DNA of 63,119 bases, the filler included, from Reclinomonas americana ATCC 50394 (lineage: Eukaryota), in NCBI GenBank assembly GCA_048213135.1. It is 13 parts of 13 records of this genome, joined end to end, with 100 filler letters (N's around TTAATTAATTAA, not from the genome) between each part and the next. Parts side by side here need not be neighbours in the genome. Positions count along the whole stretch, not along the records: positions 57,618 to 63,119 come from AFZH01019039.1; 12 more parts are not named here. One strand, given 5' to 3'. Below the pieces are notes generated by a model that saw only the letters and a list, made by a program, of their open reading frames with translations, searched no databases and was not told where the DNA came from. The first letter of the stretch is position 1. Every line of letters starts with the position of its first letter. A program made the position numbers and the translations under genes. Shown piece after piece: positions 60,203-63,119 of this stretch.

Positions 60203-62181
60203 ATGGTGTGGTACGACAGGCTGCTGGAGTCCAACGTGCTGCCGGACTGGTCAGTGCTGCACGACATGCATGCTGCTTGTTTACGCGCGCGCTGCGACAT
60301 GGCGGTACTGATTGCCACCTCTCTCCCTCTCCCTTCCTCTCCCTCTCTCGCTTGCCGTTCGTTTGCGATGCAGGCTGGTGCGCATTGGCATTCGTCGACT
60401 GCTGCGCTCTCGTCTGCAGGAGATTGCATCACCGACGGCGGAGTTGCATCATGAGCGACTGCGACAGTACCTGACACGTTTGCGACGCGAGGACTGCATT
60501 GCGGTGGCCACGGATGAGGCCAACCAACAGCACTATGAAGTGTTGCGTGAAGGGCGAGGGAGGAGGAGGGGGAGTGAGGTGTGAGAAGTCTGCTGCTGCA
60601 GCACCAGCAATGCGAGAGTTTTTCGGCGGCGGAAACTCCGCTCGGCAGCGAGCAGTCAGCTGCAGGGCGCATGATACACTCTAGCAGAGTCCCTCTTCCT
60701 ATGAGCGAGCGCATGTGCGTGTGTCTCTCTCTCCCTCCTCGTGATTCTCTCTGTGACGGTGACGCGGCGGGGAGATTCGTCTAATGCGTTGTTCACAAGC
60801 GGAGTTTTCGCCGTCGCAAGCATCTTTTGCGCTGACGACCAGTGCTGCAGTCACCCCATCTCCGTGAGCTAGGCAAGATGTTTGTTTGAGTGCTTGTGCT
60901 TTACTCTCTCTCCACTCTCCCACCTGATATCGTTCTTTTTCGCTTTGTACAAGTTCTCACGTTCTCGTTCGCCACACTCCTTTGGTCTCGTCATGATCAC
61001 TTCTCTGCTCTGCAGTTGTCAATTCTCACCCATGCTCTCGCCCTCTCCCTCCCACTCTCTCTTCTAATGTCGCTCTTTTTCGCGTTGTACAAAGTTCTCA
61101 CACTGCGTACTCGTTCTCTGCAGCTGTCAAAACTCACTCCCTTTCCTCTCGCAGACCCACCGAGTTCTTCCACTTGTCTCTCGGGGCGCGGAAAAAGTAT
61201 TCGTCGTGCTACTGGCCCGACGGCTGTCGCACGCTGGAGGAAGCCGAGACGCACTGCTTGGAGTTGTACGTCGATCGTGCACAGCTGCACGATGGACAGG
61301 ATGTGCTTGATCTCGGCTGCGGGTTGCGTAGCCAAATGATAAAAGTGTCGCCTCTGCGATCGCTTACCGATCAGTGCAGGTGGGGCTCGTTTACCCTGTT
61401 CGCCGCCCAGCGATTCCCCAACTCGCGCATCACCGCCGTCTCCAACTCGTCGACGCAGCGCGAGTACATTGAGAGCGAGTGCCGCCGTCTGGCGCTGAAA
61501 AACGTCACAGTCATCACGTGCGACATTAACCGGCTGGCGCTGCCGGCGGCATCCTTCGACCGAGTGGTCTCTGTGGAGATGCTCGAGCACGTGAAGAACT
61601 ACGAGGCCGTGATGCGTCGCATTTCGTCGTGGATGCGCGACGACGGCCTCCTCTTTGTGCACGTCTTTTGTCACAAGGATACGCCGTATGATTTCGAGGA
61701 CGGGTGGATGGCCGAGCATTTCTTCACCGGTGGCACCATGCCGTCGGCACAATTGTTTCACTACTTTCAGGAGAATGTGGTGCTGGTGGATCAGGTGTGA
61801 GAGGAATGGGGAAAAGGGGGGAGAAGGGGGTGATTTGTTGACTGACCTGCCTGCAGTGGTTGATGAACGGCGAGCACTACGGCAAGACATGCGAGGCGTG
61901 GCTGGAGCGCATGGATATGCACGAAACTCGCATCCGCGATCTGTTTGCGGAGACGTACGGAGCAGGGGAGGAGACCAAGTGGATCGTTCGCTGGTGAGAG
62001 TGGGGAGTGCATGAATTGTTCACACAACACGAGTTCTCACCTCTCGGGCTCACCGCGCAGGCGCTTGTTCTACATGGCGTGTGCGGAGCTCTTCAACTAC
62101 GATGGTGGAAACGAGTGGTTCGTTTCGCACTACTTGTTCAAGAAGCGCGCAAGTCCACCGCCAGCCGCTGTGGTCATGTGA
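60203..62181 (+). CDS. SAM-dependent methyltransferase, coclaurine N-methyltransferase / cyclopropane-fatty-acid synthase family
   Basis: [98 protein letters not shown] and [24 protein letters not shown]. Confidence 0.93.
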
Positions 62182-62330
62182 TCCGCCAGTGAAACGGATC
62201 CATGTTAGAGGAGGCGAGTGAATCTGTATTGCTGAAAGACATGCACAATCGGTAGGTTTGACCACGAGAAGGCAACGTGCATTGATGCTTAGAGATGACA
62301 CAGAAAGAGAGAAAGGGGAGGAGAAATGTC

Positions 62331-63119
62331 TCATGAAATGGACTGGCGCACGTAGCGCTCCAGAGCTGCGTGCGACAGAGAGGAGAGTGAGGCGACGCTG
62401 CAGCACAGGCTGCAGAGAAGAAAATCACGCACAAACCATGCAGGTTGTCGAGCACAGATGTGCGGAATGACTTGGTGCCCACCAGCCACCTGTCGTGAGA
62501 GTGAGTAAGCAAACACGCACAAAGGCGTGCACTCGGTAACAACGAAACTTGGGAATCGACCCCGCAATGTCCACTGCGCAACAACAAAATATAGAAAGAC
62601 TAGTTGAGATTCTGATCGCAATATGTGCCGCATTTTGTGCCACGGCAAACCTTGCGTGCCGTAAAACACGCGACAGCCCTTCGCCGTCGGCTCGACCATG
62701 GTGAAACTGACGTGTACGACACCACGGACAGCCTTGGAGTCGCCGGGTACGTCACTGGCGGCGACGGTAAGTGTGAGACGGAGTCATGCGGGAAGCAAGA
62801 GAAACAAGTAACACAAACCCGTCATACGGCCGGCCAAACCACACGAGACTCTCATCGGCCGGCAACTTCAGATCGCTGGGTGGCGGACCCACATACCGGC
62901 GAGTGACAAACTCGCGGCCCGATACAATGCCGCCGCCAGCGGGCTTGGACTGTGGAAACGTGAGAAAGAGTGTGAGGAAAACATCCACGCCCGACATGAG
63001 GGGATTCGCACGCACCCGTCGGTACATGACGTCGACATGCCCGCTGGAGCCGTCAGCAAACGGCTGCGGAGGCAGCACCACACGCGACTCATCCAGTCTG
63101 CACACGTGTCAGCACAGAC
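62331..63119 (-). CDS. START/lipid-transfer domain protein, 3' part
   Basis: GIVSGREFVTR, KAVRGVVHVSFTMVEPTAKGCRVFY and VDIAGSIPKF(V) match START C-terminal motifs; ends ALERYVRQSIS*. One probable homopolymer frameshift near 62545. Confidence 0.7.

Noticed and set aside
62535..62560. Frameshift in the START gene (IPKF-RCYR versus IPKFVVTE)
   Set aside because: A single extra base in a short homopolymer; more likely a sequencing error than a pseudogene or programmed frameshift.

Overview
Scaffolded, intron-rich genomic DNA from a GC-rich eukaryote. It is most likely a protist, and CCDC57-like and MLF-like genes hint at a centriole or flagellum. Thirteen contigs are joined by twelve 100-bp artificial linkers (N44-TTAATTAATTAA-N44). 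Several genes continue across these gaps, so the contig order looks real. Hand-splicing at GT-AG sites gives about 20 tightly packed genes: neutral ceramidase, CCDC57-like coiled-coil, mitochondrial Twinkle primase-helicase, PEX11, Frag1/DRAM-family membrane protein, MLF-like protein, a CBM48 + Btk/CHORD-like zinc-finger protein, RCC1-repeat/coiled-coil protein, UBA/SIM/UBX-like protein, dsRBD-dsRBD-BTB protein, RING-less MAT1, FHA-macro-HIT aprataxin, TRAF-like RING protein, SPCS3, a secreted Kelch/Cys-rich protein, an alpha/beta hydrolase ending in PTS1, a CFA/coclaurine-type methyltransferase, a START-domain protein and several hypotheticals. Four observations stand out. (1) The zinc finger at 25.1-26.0 kb appears to be built from a 6-nt exon followed by five consecutive single-codon (3-nt) exons. 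(2) A ~0.85-0.93 kb inverted repeat brackets the RCC1 gene; it is the duplicated CArG-box-containing upstream region of a small secreted Cys-rich gene whose two copies run into gaps. (3) An unusual GTTGCG 5' splice donor recurs across genes. (4) One gene fuses two dsRNA-binding domains to a BTB domain. Family assignments are from motif recognition only; no searches were run. I found no RNA genes, CRISPR arrays or transposases.
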